Assembly (NCBI GenBank): GCA_965205265.1
Contig: CBDBGH010000003.1
Span: forward strand, 3,488,001 to 3,552,000
Length of the DNA: 64,000 nt
Direction of reading: 5' to 3'
Origin: Alphaproteobacteria bacterium
Lineage (GTDB): Bacteria; Pseudomonadota; Alphaproteobacteria; Bin95
Program-made: the position numbers and the translations under genes
Part shown: positions 63,401 through 64,000 of the stretch, one piece after another
Layout of the letters: each line of letters opens with the position of its first letter
How positions within the stretch are numbered: the first letter of the stretch is position 1
The notes under the pieces: model-generated
Seen by the model: only the letters and a program-made list of their open reading frames with translations
What the model was told of the DNA's origin: nothing
The model's database searches: none

Positions 63401-63749
63401 CCGGCTTGTCCGCGTCCAGCCTGGCATCGCATATCCGGCCGCTGACCTCGACAAGCGCGCGCACCAGACCGCGAAGCCGCTGGTATTCCGCGATCTGCGC
63501 CCGCGTTCCCTCAATGGCGTCGGCGGGAACGGTGCGGCCGCGGGACTTCCCCGTCTCCCTGTCCGGCCAGGTCAACAACCAGTAGGGGCCATGCCCCTGC
63601 GCCCCCTCGACCGCGCAATGGCAGTTCGGTTTGCCGCACTTGCGGTACTGTGCCCTGAGCGAACCCTGACGGAGGTCGCCGATGCCCGCAATCTCCCGCA
63701 GCAGCTCGCCACGCTGTTCGACGAGGCCGTCGTGATCGGTCCTGGCCAT
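63330..63749 (-). CDS. ISKra4-associated upstream ORF (DUF6788-like)
   Basis: GSL..YRKCGKPNCHC...GHGPYW; GGAGG RBS. Confidence 0.8.
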   Translation of the reverse strand: MARTDHDGLVEQRGELLREIAGIGDLRQGSLRAQYRKCGKPNCHCAVEGAQGHGPYWLLTWPDRETGKSRGRTVPADAIEGTRAQIAEYQRLRGLVRALVEVSGRICDARLDADKPAAPGKRGVSTQRSRRRSRPRSSG

Positions 63750-64000
63750 GTCCGCCTCCATCTGCCCCCCGAATATAAGAAACAGATATCGTGGCGGAAC
63801 CATGGCATTTCTCAACCTCGCAAAATCAGGACGTGCACCCGAACCAGAGCTCGGGCTTGAATCGATATCCCATACGCCGCAACAATGGCCGCCGCGCGAC
63901 TTGTCGATCGACTGGGGTCCGTTTTTTAGCGCCCCCGCCCCGTCGGGATGCCTCTCGGGATTGATCCGCTCCCGCCATCCCGAGGGCGGCCATGCGGGTT

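Larger units (their letters stand above)
62026..63840 (-). mobile_element. ISKra4-family element with 9-bp TSD GAACCAGAG
   Basis: IRs GGGTGCACGTC; TSD at 62017..62025 and 63841..63849. Confidence 0.92.

Noticed and set aside
63902-64000. Possible start of another IS at the right edge
   Set aside because: TG-start and a hairpin are suggestive, but there is no ORF or partner end inside the window.

Overview
High-GC (probably alphaproteobacterial) accessory region made almost entirely of mobile DNA. The left 27 kb holds remnants of a conjugative-element-like backbone (Zn-finger repeat gene, ssb, toprim, DUF4326, DUF2493/SLOG), a RIT element with 108-bp perfect inverted repeats, and a ~7-kb cassette of two tandem tyrosine integrases, a TbpB-barrel surface lipoprotein and a Slam (type XI secretion) translocon. 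That cassette is bounded by a 14-bp direct repeat (TCACACCCGACGCA). An apparently empty copy of the site sits at 13895, and a second, identical but truncated copy of the cassette occupies 1-3286. This is the best candidate for an undescribed system. The middle and right parts contain RTX genes plus a metalloprotease lipoprotein, many nested IS elements (IS21, IS66, IS256, IS630, IS1380-like, IS1634, ISKra4), a class D group II intron whose catalytic domain V is interrupted by IS21, a SWIM-SNF2 helicase, and an RHH/two-methyltransferase/PLD-nuclease restriction-modification-like operon. No rRNA, tRNA or CRISPR array was seen. Family names come from motif recognition by eye, not from database searches.
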